From: Candidatus Terraquivivens tengchongensis
GTDB lineage: Archaea; Thermoproteota; Nitrososphaeria_A; Caldarchaeales; Wolframiiraptoraceae
Length of the DNA stretch: 64,000 bases
Assembly: GCA_023261845.1 (NCBI GenBank)
Contig: JALNJZ010000006.1
Location: forward strand, 37,661-101,660
Direction: 5' to 3'
The translations under genes were made by a program, and so were the position numbers. The notes under the pieces are model-generated. The model was not told where the DNA came from and ran no database searches. It saw only the letters and a program-made list of their open reading frames with translations. This document shows, piece after piece, positions 48,258 to 58,959 of the stretch. Position 1 is the first letter of the stretch, and each line of letters begins with the position of its first letter.

Positions 48258-49469
48258 ATGAAGATCAAGTTAGTAAAAGACCCTGTGTGGGGGTATATAG
48301 AGCTCGATGATTATGATAGGCGAATCGTTGATACGACATCTTTCCAAAGATTGAGGAGAATAATGCAACTCCCCCTAGTTTACTTAGTATACCCTTGTGC
48401 AAGGCATACACGGTTTGACCATTCATTAGGTTGCTTTTACCTCGCAGGAGAGTACGCCAAGCATCTAGCGTTAGACGAGTATTGGACAAGGGCACTAAAG
48501 TATGCCGCATTACTTCATGACATAGGTCACACACCCTACTCCCATCTCTTGGAAGCTCTATTGATTGAGAAGGGTATAAATCATGAGGCGATGGGTGTAA
48601 AAATTTTAAATGAGGATTCTGAGCTTGCTTCTGCGATAGAGACCTCAGGTGTTAGAGTTAAAGATATCGTGGACATTCTTGAAAAGCGTAGACCGGAGTC
48701 GGCCATAATATCTGGACCGACGGATGTAGATAAGCTCGATTTCCTCATAAGGGATTCATACTTTACTGGGGCCACGTATGGTATAGTTGATGCGAAGAGA
48801 ATAATCATGATGACGAAAATAATTGACGGTAAGACTATGATAAGCGTCCGTGGATTGGGCGTATTAGAAGAATTAGCGTTAGCGCGTCTTCAGTCCTTCA
48901 TGAACATTTACTTCCATCATGCGGCCAGGGCTGCTCAGTCTTTATTCCTGAGGGGCGTTAGGTTAATCGAGCATTCTTTGGATTTCTCTTCTATGTCCGT
49001 TGAAGAATACATTTCACAAGACGATTATACAGTATGGTGCATGATGAAAGCCAACGAAAAGTCTAAAGAGATAATAAAAAGAATAGAGAGTCGGATATTG
49101 CCAAAACGAGCTTTTGAGGATAGGATATCCCGCGAGAAAATTTCGTTAACAATTCTGAGCAAGCCGCATATAAAAAGGAGCATCGAAGAAGAGATAGCAT
49201 CGATGGCTGGAATAGGCGCTGAGTATGTATGGGTAGACACACCATATGTCCCACCGTTGCCACTTTCAGACTCTCAAGAGGTTACGTTTTATGAGGAAAG
49301 TGCAGAAGGCATAAGAGAAGTAAGCGTAGAATCTTTTCTGCTCAAGTCTGTAAGCGAAGTATACAACATAATCAGGGTTTACACAGAAAGCGAGTATAGG
49401 GAAAGAGTGTATAAAGCCGCTAAGGAATACTTTGAGAGTTTTCCAAAGGCCACGAGAATAAGCTTTTGA
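48258..49469 (+). CDS. HD-domain phosphohydrolase (SAMHD1/YdhJ-like)
   Basis: DPV.G.I, FQRLRRI.QL, H.RF.HSLG, LHDIGH.PYSH and DVDK.D.L.RDS motifs. Confidence 0.9.
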   Translation: MKIKLVKDPVWGYIELDDYDRRIVDTTSFQRLRRIMQLPLVYLVYPCARHTRFDHSLGCFYLAGEYAKHLALDEYWTRALKYAALLHDIGHTPYSHLLEALLIEKGINHEAMGVKILNEDSELASAIETSGVRVKDIVDILEKRRPESAIISGPTDVDKLDFLIRDSYFTGATYGIVDAKRIIMMTKIIDGKTMISVRGLGVLEELALARLQSFMNIYFHHAARAAQSLFLRGVRLIEHSLDFSSMSVEEYISQDDYTVWCMMKANEKSKEIIKRIESRILPKRAFEDRISREKISLTILSKPHIKRSIEEEIASMAGIGAEYVWVDTPYVPPLPLSDSQEVTFYEESAEGIREVSVESFLLKSVSEVYNIIRVYTESEYRERVYKAAKEYFESFPKATRISF

Positions 49470-49610
49470 TACGATAACCTTTGTGATTCCTATGGCTTCA
49501 GTAGACGTGCATCAAAAGTTAAAGCTTATATTAAGTCTCTCGGTTTATATTCATAAGAGTCTGGTGATGGTTGATAATCGACTCTAAAAATAAAAACAGG
49601 GTGATAATTT

Positions 49611-50765
49611 TTGAGTACAGGAATAACATCCGTCAAGTACGTAATAGAGGCTAAAATAGAAGTTGACGGAGTTGTTGATAGAAACGACATAATTGGTGCC
49701 ATATTTGGACAGACGGAAGGGATATTCAGTTCGGAGTTAGATTTCAGAGAACTCCAGAAGACCGGTAGAATAGGAAGAATAGAACTAACTTCAACGTCTC
49801 AAGGCAACAAAACTGTAGGAAAAATCTTCATCCCCACGAATCTTGATAGGTTCACAACAGCCCTCATAGCCGCAATGGTAGAAAGCATCGACAGGGTGGG
49901 TCCTTATCATGCGAAGGTTACCATAGAAAAGATTGAAGATACGAGAACTGAAAAGAAGAGGAAGATAATCGAGAGGGCGAGGGCCATACTTTATGAATGG
50001 GAAAAGCAGAAGATTCCAGAAGACGATGAAATACTTAAAGAGCTTGAGGAGGCAGTTATTAGAAGTAAAGTCATAGAGTACGGACCAGATAGGCTTCCTG
50101 CTGGACCCGAAGTCGAATCGAGTAATGAATTGATAATAGTCGAGGGCAGGGCCGACGTGATTAACCTCCTACGCCATGGTTATAGGAACGTGATAGCTGT
50201 CGAGGGCGTAAAGGTACCGAAGTCCATCTCCGAGTTGACGAAGAAGAAGAGAACCGTGATAGTATTCCTCGACGGTGATAGAGGCGGTGATTTAATACTT
50301 AGAGAGTTGCTACAAAACTCTAAGATAGATTTGGTTGCAAGGGCACCTTATGGCAAGGAGGTTGAAGAGTTAACGGGTAAGGAGATATCGGAGGCGTTAC
50401 AGAGAGCGGTAACGGTAGAGGAAGCCATTAAAAACATTAAACACTTGACTACAGAAAAACCTTCCCAAATGCCGGAAGAACTGGCACAATTCATAAAAGA
50501 AGTTGATGGAAACCTTATGGCGATAATATTAGACGAGTCGTTTCAAGTGTTGGCAAAAATGCCAGTAAGCGAGCTGGCTCAGAAGATGTCCGAACACAAA
50601 AATATGAAGTATGTCATATTCGATGGTGTAGTGACGCAGAGGCTCGTAGATATTGCAGCAACGCTCGATCATGACGTATATCTAATAGGAATGAGAATAG
50701 GCGAAATTTCAAAAAGGTCACAAAATGTCCACATAATATCGGCTGATCAGCTCGTCAGTAATTAA
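49611..50765 (+). CDS. dnaG: Archaeal DnaG (exosome-associated, TOPRIM)
   Basis: GAIFGQTEG, ELQKTGRIGRI, VEGRADV and DGDRGG motifs. Confidence 0.95.
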   Translation: MSTGITSVKYVIEAKIEVDGVVDRNDIIGAIFGQTEGIFSSELDFRELQKTGRIGRIELTSTSQGNKTVGKIFIPTNLDRFTTALIAAMVESIDRVGPYHAKVTIEKIEDTRTEKKRKIIERARAILYEWEKQKIPEDDEILKELEEAVIRSKVIEYGPDRLPAGPEVESSNELIIVEGRADVINLLRHGYRNVIAVEGVKVPKSISELTKKKRTVIVFLDGDRGGDLILRELLQNSKIDLVARAPYGKEVEELTGKEISEALQRAVTVEEAIKNIKHLTTEKPSQMPEELAQFIKEVDGNLMAIILDESFQVLAKMPVSELAQKMSEHKNMKYVIFDGVVTQRLVDIAATLDHDVYLIGMRIGEISKRSQNVHIISADQLVSN

Positions 50766-51837
50766 GCTTCATCGGATACTTCAATATACCCACAATGCTT
50801 CCGAACGCCCTTATTTTATCTCCTGCTTCAGTATTAGGAAGCACTATATGCATCTCGATGCGCCGTTCGTCAACTAAATCCATGATTCGTTGAAACCTTT
50901 CGTCGTGCATGTTAGCCCAGATAAAATCTTCGGCGACTATGATGTCTTTAACGGCACCCAACTCAATCGCCTTGCAAACCTCTTCAAACCCTATGGCAAC
51001 GTTCATCCAATTTTTTGACATAAATTCTATGAAGTTTTCAACGAGCTCTGCATCCCTTACCGGCTTAATGGAGCCGCCAACGTCGTCAAGAAGCTTGTTC
51101 CTTAGCGCTTCCTGTATTCCTGCCAAGGAGCCGTCCGAAACGTGGCCAACATTTCTAATCGATTTGAAGACCTTTTCTCTCTCCTTTTTTAAGAATTTGA
51201 GGAAGTTTTCCGTAGCTATCTCATTTCCCAAAACAACAACCGCTGGATTTTCCATCTCAAGCTTCCTTTCGATCGTTTCGGCGATCTCCGCATAGATATT
51301 TTCTACGCTTTTTAAGTGTTCATCCGGTCTGTCTTTACTCTGTGAAACAAACCTGCCTTTATGTACTACCTCTATACCAGAGTCGCTTAAAGACAATATT
51401 GTGAATTGCTCATCATCCAATAACACACAAAGCAACTTTTTGGCTTTACCCAATTTCCGATAATGTTCTGCAAAACTTTCTAACCTAGAAAAATCCTTTT
51501 CAGTCCTTATGCCCAATTCAGACCCGACATCCACGTTCAGTGAGTGATGCTTTCCGATCAAATCAAGTTCAGCGTCAGTATAGGTTATCCTACCGAGAAA
51601 GCGAAGCCTTCTCATGAGGGGGTCTAAAGACTTCTTTTCAATCTTCACACCTATAGTGACTCTAACCCTTTCGCTGTCAACCTTTCCGTCCGCCCTCTGC
51701 TTCTTGATCTCTCTGCTCGTATCTGAGTAAATAATATCTCCCGTAGATACTATCCTATAGAGGTTGAGTAAGTCAAGCGTCGTCTCGGGTATCAATTTTA
51801 TGAACTTCTTGTTGGGGTTAATTGAGATTATCTCCAA
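50755..51837 (-). CDS. pelA: Pelota / Dom34 ribosome rescue factor
   Basis: PE...DL..LY, R..G.I, G.HHSL and eRF1-like C-terminus ..FG.I.GILKY. Confidence 0.85.
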   Translation of the reverse strand: MEIISINPNKKFIKLIPETTLDLLNLYRIVSTGDIIYSDTSREIKKQRADGKVDSERVRVTIGVKIEKKSLDPLMRRLRFLGRITYTDAELDLIGKHHSLNVDVGSELGIRTEKDFSRLESFAEHYRKLGKAKKLLCVLLDDEQFTILSLSDSGIEVVHKGRFVSQSKDRPDEHLKSVENIYAEIAETIERKLEMENPAVVVLGNEIATENFLKFLKKEREKVFKSIRNVGHVSDGSLAGIQEALRNKLLDDVGGSIKPVRDAELVENFIEFMSKNWMNVAIGFEEVCKAIELGAVKDIIVAEDFIWANMHDERFQRIMDLVDERRIEMHIVLPNTEAGDKIRAFGSIVGILKYPMKLNY

Positions 51838-51885
51838 TCTAACAACACCTCCTTAGCTGTGCAACATACATGGACATGTGACCTA

Positions 51886-52584
51886 TTATCCATACTCTTT
51901 GAGCCTTCTCCTAAGTGATGGGGATGCGTCTATTAACTTTTTTAAAACGCTTTCAAAAGATTCTTCGGGTTGTAGCAAGATCGACCTGTAAACACCAGTC
52001 CTACCTATTTCCTTTCGCCTTCTGAGAACATATACTCTTTTTCTGAGTACGTTAGGGTCTACGGAAAGAATTTTAGCCGCCTCTTCTATGCTACGCTCGA
52101 TTGCGAACTCGTAATGGCCCTCTTCAGTTGGTACAATAAGCATAAGCTCTTTGTTTATACCGGGTTTTCTTACATCACCAATTAACTCGTCAAGAGTTGA
52201 CTTTCCTGCGAGCGAATAGAACATCTCTTCTTCGCTTCTCATCGGGATGAGGGGGAAAGAAACGGACGTTAGCTCATCAACATAAATATATCCCTTCACG
52301 ACATACGAGGGTGTAGCTTGTATGACTTCTCTTGAAATTATGTTATAACCAGCACTCGTTAGTGCCAGTTCAATGTCGTGCGATGGTATAACATCCGGTA
52401 TGAAAACATCAACATCGCTAGTCAGTTTGACATCGCCCCTTACTATACTACCGTAGGTTAAGGAGAATAGATTACGTCTTCTGAGAGCTTCCATAAGGTT
52501 GACGGCTTTTCTCCGGAGGTTTTTTAATAACTTCCAATGTTCATCGTCATATGTAACGTACCTTACAGGAAAGCGATGCGTCAA
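51886..52584 (-). CDS. Archaeal nucleotidyltransferase-domain protein (COG2413 type)
   Basis: GS..RGDV...SDVD, QATP, R.PG.NK.L and GRTGV motifs. Confidence 0.8.
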   Translation of the reverse strand: MTHRFPVRYVTYDDEHWKLLKNLRRKAVNLMEALRRRNLFSLTYGSIVRGDVKLTSDVDVFIPDVIPSHDIELALTSAGYNIISREVIQATPSYVVKGYIYVDELTSVSFPLIPMRSEEEMFYSLAGKSTLDELIGDVRKPGINKELMLIVPTEEGHYEFAIERSIEEAAKILSVDPNVLRKRVYVLRRRKEIGRTGVYRSILLQPEESFESVLKKLIDASPSLRRRLKEYG

Positions 52585-52709
52585 CTTCGTCTGCTATGAA
52601 CAGGTTCATGATTCTAATTAATACTTTCGTGGAGAGTCTTATTAAATCCATGATTCTGCTCGTAAAAGTAACATTTTTTAACTGGCTGTCCTAAACCGAT
52701 AGAAAGAAA

Positions 52710-54614
52710 ATGTTAAAAGATTCTTTGCTTAGTAACGAAAAAGGTAAACGTGTCATACTTTCTGGGAACGAAGCTATTGTTAGGGGTGCTATAGAGTCTG
52801 GTGTCAGGTTTGCGACCGCTTATCCTGGAAACCCATGCACAGAGATACTCGACACTTTACTATTAGTGTCCAAAGAACTTGGCATATATGCCGAGTGGTC
52901 TATTAATGAAATGGTAGCTTTTGAGGCCGCGTCTGCCGCATCAATCGCTGGTCTCAGATCCTTTGTAGCAATGAAGCATGTCGGGTTAAACTGGGCCCTT
53001 GACCCCTTAATGTGTGTGAACCTCAGCGGCATCGAGGCAGGCATGCTCGTTGTGGTTGGTGACGATCCACAAAGCAGAGCTTCACAAAATGAGGAGGACA
53101 TAAGGTTCTTGGCATCCATGAGCGAGCTCCCTATGCTGGACCCGATGGGTCCAGCAGAGGCAAAAGACATGTTTGTATGGGGTATCGAGGTTTCAGAGCG
53201 CATTAAGCTTCCAGTGCTCTTGCGTTCTACACAAAGAATTTCACACGGTCTTGAGGATGTTGTCTTAGGGGAAATATTCCAGCCCAACGTTAAGGCCGAA
53301 TTCAAAAAAGATGAGAGGTATATAGTAGCAGGCGCTGGTGGAAGGTCAGTAAGGCTTCACGAAGGTTTACATAAAAAGCAAGAATTGATCGAATCCATCA
53401 TTGAGCAATCACCGTTTAACAGAGTAGTAAAGCGTAATGGCGAAAAATGGGGAGCCATTTCGGCTGGAATGGGTTACGGCATTCTCATGGAGACTTTAAG
53501 TTACTACAACATGGAAGATAAATTTGCGACGCTTAAGCTGGCGGCATCTCATCCATTACCAAAGAAACTTCTCAGAGATTTCTGCAATGACCTCGATGCC
53601 GTTATTGTGGTAGAGGATGTAGAACCTTATCTACAACATAACATAAGGGCTGTCTTAGCTGAGGAGGGAATAAATTGCAAAGTGTATGGGCGTGCTAGCT
53701 TCAATCCAAAACTCGTAGGCGAGGTTACGTTTAGCGAGGTAGCAAGCTTGATCGAAATGGTAAGTGGAGAGAAATTGCTTTCTCCAGTACATGAGAGGGG
53801 TCACGCTACTAAGTTTAGGCAAATGCTGATTTCCAGACCGCTTACTATGTGTAGCGGCTGTCCACATAGAGCTACTTTCTATGCGATGAAGAAAGTAATT
53901 AACAAAATGCTCAAAGATAAGGCAATCTTCTGTGGTGACATAGGCTGCTATAGCTTCGCATCGCAACCTCCATTCCAGCTGATAGATCTGAAGTTCTCAA
54001 TGGGTGCAAGCATAGGTTTAGCCTGTGGCTTTGCAAAGTCCAACGTCAACGGCAAAGTGTTTGCAATAATCGGCGATTCGACATTCTTCCATGCTGGCAT
54101 ACCAGGTCTGTTGAATGCAACCTATAATGATGCCAGATTCGTATTAGTCGTGCTGGACAACCTTGTGGTAGGTATGACTGGTCAGCAACCATCGCCCAGC
54201 ATGGGAGTGAATGCGAATGGTGTTAACACTCAGCGCATACTGCCGGAAGATATTGCGCGTGCAGTTGGTGTAAAGTTCGTAAAAACTTTCAATCCACTAA
54301 ACCTGAAAGAAGCTGAAAGGGCTTTCGAAGAGGTGATCAATTATCAAGGACCTGGACCTGCTGTGCTCGTCTCGCGTTCTCCATGTGCAGTACACGTAAC
54401 CAGAGAGGCTAGGATGAAAGGTGAGCGATTACCCAAATACATAGTTATAGAGGATAAGTGTACTGGTTGCAGCATATGTACACAACACTTTGGATGTCCT
54501 GCCATCGTGTTAAGTGAAAACAATAAAGCTAGGATAGATAACGATGATTGCACAGGCTGCGGAGTTTGCGCCCAAATCTGCCCATACCGGGCGATAATTA
54601 GGGAGGTGTCGTGA
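52710..54614 (+). CDS. iorA: Indolepyruvate:ferredoxin oxidoreductase alpha subunit
   Basis: GNEA..RG, YPG.P, MKHVG.N, C.GCPH, GDIGC and GDSTF motifs, plus a C-terminal 2x[4Fe-4S] domain. Confidence 0.92.
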   Translation: MLKDSLLSNEKGKRVILSGNEAIVRGAIESGVRFATAYPGNPCTEILDTLLLVSKELGIYAEWSINEMVAFEAASAASIAGLRSFVAMKHVGLNWALDPLMCVNLSGIEAGMLVVVGDDPQSRASQNEEDIRFLASMSELPMLDPMGPAEAKDMFVWGIEVSERIKLPVLLRSTQRISHGLEDVVLGEIFQPNVKAEFKKDERYIVAGAGGRSVRLHEGLHKKQELIESIIEQSPFNRVVKRNGEKWGAISAGMGYGILMETLSYYNMEDKFATLKLAASHPLPKKLLRDFCNDLDAVIVVEDVEPYLQHNIRAVLAEEGINCKVYGRASFNPKLVGEVTFSEVASLIEMVSGEKLLSPVHERGHATKFRQMLISRPLTMCSGCPHRATFYAMKKVINKMLKDKAIFCGDIGCYSFASQPPFQLIDLKFSMGASIGLACGFAKSNVNGKVFAIIGDSTFFHAGIPGLLNATYNDARFVLVVLDNLVVGMTGQQPSPSMGVNANGVNTQRILPEDIARAVGVKFVKTFNPLNLKEAERAFEEVINYQGPGPAVLVSRSPCAVHVTREARMKGERLPKYIVIEDKCTGCSICTQHFGCPAIVLSENNKARIDNDDCTGCGVCAQICPYRAIIREVS

Positions 54615-55231
54615 TGGGTAAGGTTTGGAACATTATAATCGCAGGTGTGGGCGGTCAAGGTATAGTAACCGTTGCCAGAATTTTAGCAGAATCAGCATTG
54701 GCTTCAGGCTATAGAGTCAAGACAACGGATATCGTAGGTGGTGCGCAAAGGGGCGGCGCGATACTTAGCCATGTAAGGTTCGGCGATTATGTATATTCAT
54801 CAATAGTCCCAGATGGGCTTGCGGATATAGTAGTTGGAGTGGAGCCGCTGGAGGCCTTAAGGATTTCTCTTCAATACCTTAAGCAAGATGGCACGGTTAT
54901 ATACAATGAGAGACCCGTCTATCCTTTAACCGTCCAACTTAAACAACAGAAATATCCTTCGTTAGCAGACATAAAGTCAGCTCTTTTGACTATCGCGAAA
55001 AAAGTATTTGTAGTAGACGCGTCCGGACTGGCCAGCTCAGCTGGCTCTAGGTTAGCTGCAGGTACTGTACTTCTTGGGTTTATGAAGGCTGTCTCCGATA
55101 TTCCGATACCCAAACATAATTTCCATGCGGCGATAGAAGGGATGTTTACAGAAAAAGTTGCAAAGATTAACATTCAGGCATTTGAGGCTGGCTTCTCTAA
55201 AGGACTCGAGGTAAGCAACCAACTGGAGTAG
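54611..55231 (+). CDS. iorB: Indolepyruvate:ferredoxin oxidoreductase beta subunit
   Basis: GVGGQG, AQRGG...SHVR and EP.EALR motifs. Confidence 0.9.
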   Translation: MMGKVWNIIIAGVGGQGIVTVARILAESALASGYRVKTTDIVGGAQRGGAILSHVRFGDYVYSSIVPDGLADIVVGVEPLEALRISLQYLKQDGTVIYNERPVYPLTVQLKQQKYPSLADIKSALLTIAKKVFVVDASGLASSAGSRLAAGTVLLGFMKAVSDIPIPKHNFHAAIEGMFTEKVAKINIQAFEAGFSKGLEVSNQLE

Positions 55232-55238
55232 CCAATTT

Positions 55239-56237
55239 TTATTGAACAGGGACTCTTTCTACGCCAAGATGCTTGAGTATCTCGCATGCTCTACAAACTC
55301 TTCTGCTAGTAGGAACACCGCATACCTCACATTTTTGAAGCGAGATAGCTGAAGGTTTTATCAACTTTTCAAACGACGTTAAAGCGGTGTAAAGCATCCC
55401 GGGATAATTTTCTTCATATTCGATTAGAAAGTTCCTAATCATATCGCGCATTGAGGTCCTTGCATATGGGCAAATGTGGGATTGGAATGGTATTTTGTGT
55501 AAATATGCATACATTACAACCTCATTCTCTGGTGTTAGCTTAAATGGCGCGACCCTTGGAACAAAACCCTCGAGTTCTATTCTCGTACCGAACGGCTGCT
55601 TATCTATATCACCCCTGAACACGTTCATGATGTATGTCTGGACGACATCGTCTAAAGTGTGGGCTGTTGCTATCACACTCGCACCGACACGTCTTGCCAT
55701 AATATCCAGAGCCCTCCTCCTGAGTATGCCACAAACCGTGCACGGCTTGATACCCGCCCTATCTACGATGCCATCCTTCACCACATCGTCTAAGGTGAAG
55801 CCAAAAAGTTCTTTGAAGCTTATCTTTACGTGTTCAATGTTATCCATTCTTGAAATAAAATCTTCTGCATTTTTTATCGCCTCATCCCTGTAAACGTTTA
55901 TACCTTCATCAACAGTTATTGCAACCATACTTGACTCAGGAAATTTAGCCTCAATTTTTGCTAGAACTCTTAACAATGTCAGGCTGTCTTTTCCTCCAGA
56001 GACTGCTACCGCTATTTTATCGTTGTACCTTAACATGTCATACCTAGCTATAGTCTTTGCAACCCTTTTTTCGAACGTTTTTGTGAAGCACTTTGAGCAT
56101 AACCTCTCGCCAGAATACGCCCTAAAGTATACGACTTTGCCTTTGTTACATACATTGCATAAACCTTCTCGCGGTACGCTCAGAGCCGTACACCACGTAT
56201 ATTGAGGCCTATTTGTAAGATCCTTACTTATGAGCAT
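55239..56237 (-). CDS. TtuA/Ncs6-family tRNA 2-thiolation protein
   Basis: Zn fingers at both ends, SGGKDS PP-loop, C..CGILRR, H.LDD and CPY motifs. Confidence 0.88.
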   Translation of the reverse strand: MLISKDLTNRPQYTWCTALSVPREGLCNVCNKGKVVYFRAYSGERLCSKCFTKTFEKRVAKTIARYDMLRYNDKIAVAVSGGKDSLTLLRVLAKIEAKFPESSMVAITVDEGINVYRDEAIKNAEDFISRMDNIEHVKISFKELFGFTLDDVVKDGIVDRAGIKPCTVCGILRRRALDIMARRVGASVIATAHTLDDVVQTYIMNVFRGDIDKQPFGTRIELEGFVPRVAPFKLTPENEVVMYAYLHKIPFQSHICPYARTSMRDMIRNFLIEYEENYPGMLYTALTSFEKLIKPSAISLQKCEVCGVPTSRRVCRACEILKHLGVERVPVQ

Positions 56238-56351
56238 TTAACCTTTGCTTTCTTGTTCGTGCTTTTGGTTCAATGAATTCGTCTCAAAAGCCTGAGAAGT
56301 TTCAGCCTAACCTTTATATTATAACCTTATCATGAGGGAACCTAGTGACCT

Positions 56352-57650
56352 ATGTCAAGAGAAATAAGACTTTCAACTGTTAGAGGTATGGATGACTTTC
56401 TGCCAGAAGAGATGGCGGTTAAGAGGGCGATTGAAGATGTTGTGAGGAAAATTTTCAACAAGTATGGTTACCAAGAGATAGAAACACCGACTGTTGAACA
56501 TTATGAAATCTTCGAGGTAAAGTCAGGCGAGGAGATAAGAGAGAGGATGTTTACCTTCGTGGACAAATCTGGTAGGAAACTCGTCCTCAGGCCGGAGATG
56601 ACGGCGCCAGTAGCTAGGCTCGTAGCCACGAAACTCAAGAGCGTACCGTTGCCTATTAGATTAGGATACATAGCAGACTGCTACCGCTACGATGAGCCTC
56701 AATGGGGAAGAAAGAGGAGATTTTACCATGGTGGTTTTGAATTGTTCGGTAGCTCTAGTCCTGCTGCAGACGCTGAGATAATCCAAGTCAGCAGGGATGT
56801 GTTTAATACGATCGGATTAAAAGAGCACTTTTTTAAAGTCGGCCACGTTGGAACGCTTAGGTCTTTGATGGAAACCTCAGATATTGCCGAGGCTGAACAA
56901 GACATCATACTTTCTTTGCTTGACAGAAAAAGGGTTGACGAGGCGCTTTCATTCATAGAAGAATGTGAGGAGAAAAAGGTTATCGAAAAACTTGTAAAAA
57001 TCTCCGGCGATGCGGAGGAAGTTTTGAAAAAAGGTTATGATTTACTGTCATCATGGGATAAAGCTACTAAGGCACTAGATAATTTACATGAGATAATAGA
57101 TATTGCACGTAGCACAGGTGTTGATTCAAAGATTATCGTAGACCTAGGTTTTGCTAGGGGCTTGGCCTACTATACGGGCTTCATCTTTGAACAATACATA
57201 CCGGGCGTAGACATAGCATTTAACGGTGGCGGGAGGTATGATAAGCTTACGGAGATATTTGGTGGGAAACCTTTGCCTGCCGTAGGGTGTGCTATAGGCA
57301 TTACCAGAATCCAACAGTATATTGTAGAGAAAGTCGGAACGCAAGGCTTCAATACGCCAAAGGTCGATGCTCTCCTTGTGAATGTCGGGGAGGGGAGCTT
57401 ACGCTATGCGGCAAAGGCAGCCGCGGCGATACGAGCTGTTGGCATGGCAGTGGAGTTAGACGTTACGGAGAAAAGGATACCAGCAGCCATAGAGTATTGT
57501 GAAAAGAAGGGCATAAGATGGTTAGTCATAGTCGGTGAACGGGAAGCTCAGCAAAATACTGTTACCACTAAAGACTTGCAGACAAGGATGCAAGTAGAGA
57601 TCAAGCTTGATGACCAAAGCGCGCTTTTGAATATTTTCAGGAAACAATAG
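56352..57650 (+). CDS. hisS: Histidine--tRNA ligase
   Basis: RGM.D, LRPEMT, RY..PQ.GR.R.F, RGL.YYTG and GGGRYD motifs plus an anticodon-binding domain. Confidence 0.95.
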   Translation: MSREIRLSTVRGMDDFLPEEMAVKRAIEDVVRKIFNKYGYQEIETPTVEHYEIFEVKSGEEIRERMFTFVDKSGRKLVLRPEMTAPVARLVATKLKSVPLPIRLGYIADCYRYDEPQWGRKRRFYHGGFELFGSSSPAADAEIIQVSRDVFNTIGLKEHFFKVGHVGTLRSLMETSDIAEAEQDIILSLLDRKRVDEALSFIEECEEKKVIEKLVKISGDAEEVLKKGYDLLSSWDKATKALDNLHEIIDIARSTGVDSKIIVDLGFARGLAYYTGFIFEQYIPGVDIAFNGGGRYDKLTEIFGGKPLPAVGCAIGITRIQQYIVEKVGTQGFNTPKVDALLVNVGEGSLRYAAKAAAAIRAVGMAVELDVTEKRIPAAIEYCEKKGIRWLVIVGEREAQQNTVTTKDLQTRMQVEIKLDDQSALLNIFRKQ

Positions 57651-57661
57651 GGGCATTTACT

Positions 57662-58504
57662 TTGCCCTCGCTAGGGTTAATCATAGAGGCAACACTCGTC
57701 ATGGTCACCCTCATGCTAATCTCAATTAAGGCAGGCTTTGTTGACCCAGGCGGTCTGATCTCGTCATTTGCAGTCGGTTATACGATATACGTATTTGGTG
57801 ATAGACTATTCTTCGTTCCATTGCTCATATTCTATATTATAGCTGGTTTGATGACGAAGTTACATTATGAAGAAAAAAGGCTCAAAGGTGCTGCAGAAGA
57901 GAAGCTCGGTGCTAGGGGATGGAGAAACGTGCTTGCGAATGGTGGCGTAGCTACTACAATTGTTTGCATTGCCGCCTACACTAATAACTTGTTAAGACCT
58001 GAATTCTTGGCGGCATATTTAGGCGCTATCTCGACTGCCTATGCCGATACACTTGCTACGGAGATAGGCTTGTTGTATCCGCGAGAACCAAGATTGATAA
58101 CGAACATGAAACCCGTACCTGCTGGAACGCCCGGAGGAGTCTCACCCTACGGAACTGCTGCACAACTTCTCAGCGCCTTTACTATAGTTCCGGCAACCAT
58201 GCTATTTTTACCCACTGGGGACTGGTCAACGGTGTTTTTTAACTTGTTAGTAATCGTGCTTGCATCAAGCTTTTTGGGCTCTGCTTTTGACAGCCTTATG
58301 GGAGCGACGATGCAGGCGGTATATAGATGTAAAATATGTGGTAAGACGACTGAGAAGAGAACCCATTGTAACACCGAGACGCAACTCCTGAGAGGGATTA
58401 AATACATTGACAACAACATGGTAAACTTGATAGCGACGGCTGTAGGTGCCGTGATCGCATATATGCTCGTATATTCTGGAGCAATTTCACTTGAAATTAG
58501 TTAG
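57662..58504 (+). CDS. DUF92/TMEM19 membrane protein
   Basis: R...NVLANG, ADT.ATEIG, GTPGGVS..G, DS.MGAT.Q and N..VN motifs, with a C..C...HC insert. Confidence 0.88.
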   Translation: MPSLGLIIEATLVMVTLMLISIKAGFVDPGGLISSFAVGYTIYVFGDRLFFVPLLIFYIIAGLMTKLHYEEKRLKGAAEEKLGARGWRNVLANGGVATTIVCIAAYTNNLLRPEFLAAYLGAISTAYADTLATEIGLLYPREPRLITNMKPVPAGTPGGVSPYGTAAQLLSAFTIVPATMLFLPTGDWSTVFFNLLVIVLASSFLGSAFDSLMGATMQAVYRCKICGKTTEKRTHCNTETQLLRGIKYIDNNMVNLIATAVGAVIAYMLVYSGAISLEIS

Positions 58505-58517
58505 AATTAAGGAGAGT

Positions 58518-58916
58518 TTACTTCAGCGGTACGTACATGCTGGACCTCGTAGCACCGACGCCAGCCCTTCCATGCACAACGCGTTTGTTCGTTATTGCAA
58601 ACTCGCCCAGCCTATGACCAATCATCTCGGGAACTATTTCAACCGGTACGAACTCTTTTCCGTTGTGTACATATATCGTTAGGCCGACCATTTCGGGCAA
58701 TATTATCATATCCCTTGCATGTGTCTTAATCGGCTTTTGAATATTGAGCTTCTTGTACTTTCTGATCTTAGCAAGGAGCTTCAATTGTGCCTGCGTCAAC
58801 CCCCTCTTTCCTAAACTTCTCCTCTGCCTACTCGGAAGTAATTTGATGAACTGGTCCATGCTCATAGACTTGAGCTGTTCCAGTGTATAACCCCTGTAGA
58901 GGAATTCCCTTACCAT
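58518..58916 (-). CDS. rps19: 30S ribosomal protein S19 (uS19)
   Basis: [15 protein letters not shown] and [12 protein letters not shown]. Confidence 0.97.
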   Translation of the reverse strand: MVREFLYRGYTLEQLKSMSMDQFIKLLPSRQRRSLGKRGLTQAQLKLLAKIRKYKKLNIQKPIKTHARDMIILPEMVGLTIYVHNGKEFVPVEIVPEMIGHRLGEFAITNKRVVHGRAGVGATRSSMYVPLK

Positions 58917-58959
58917 TTAAGGTCAAAAGGATTATCTCATAGCAGTCTTTATTAAGGGT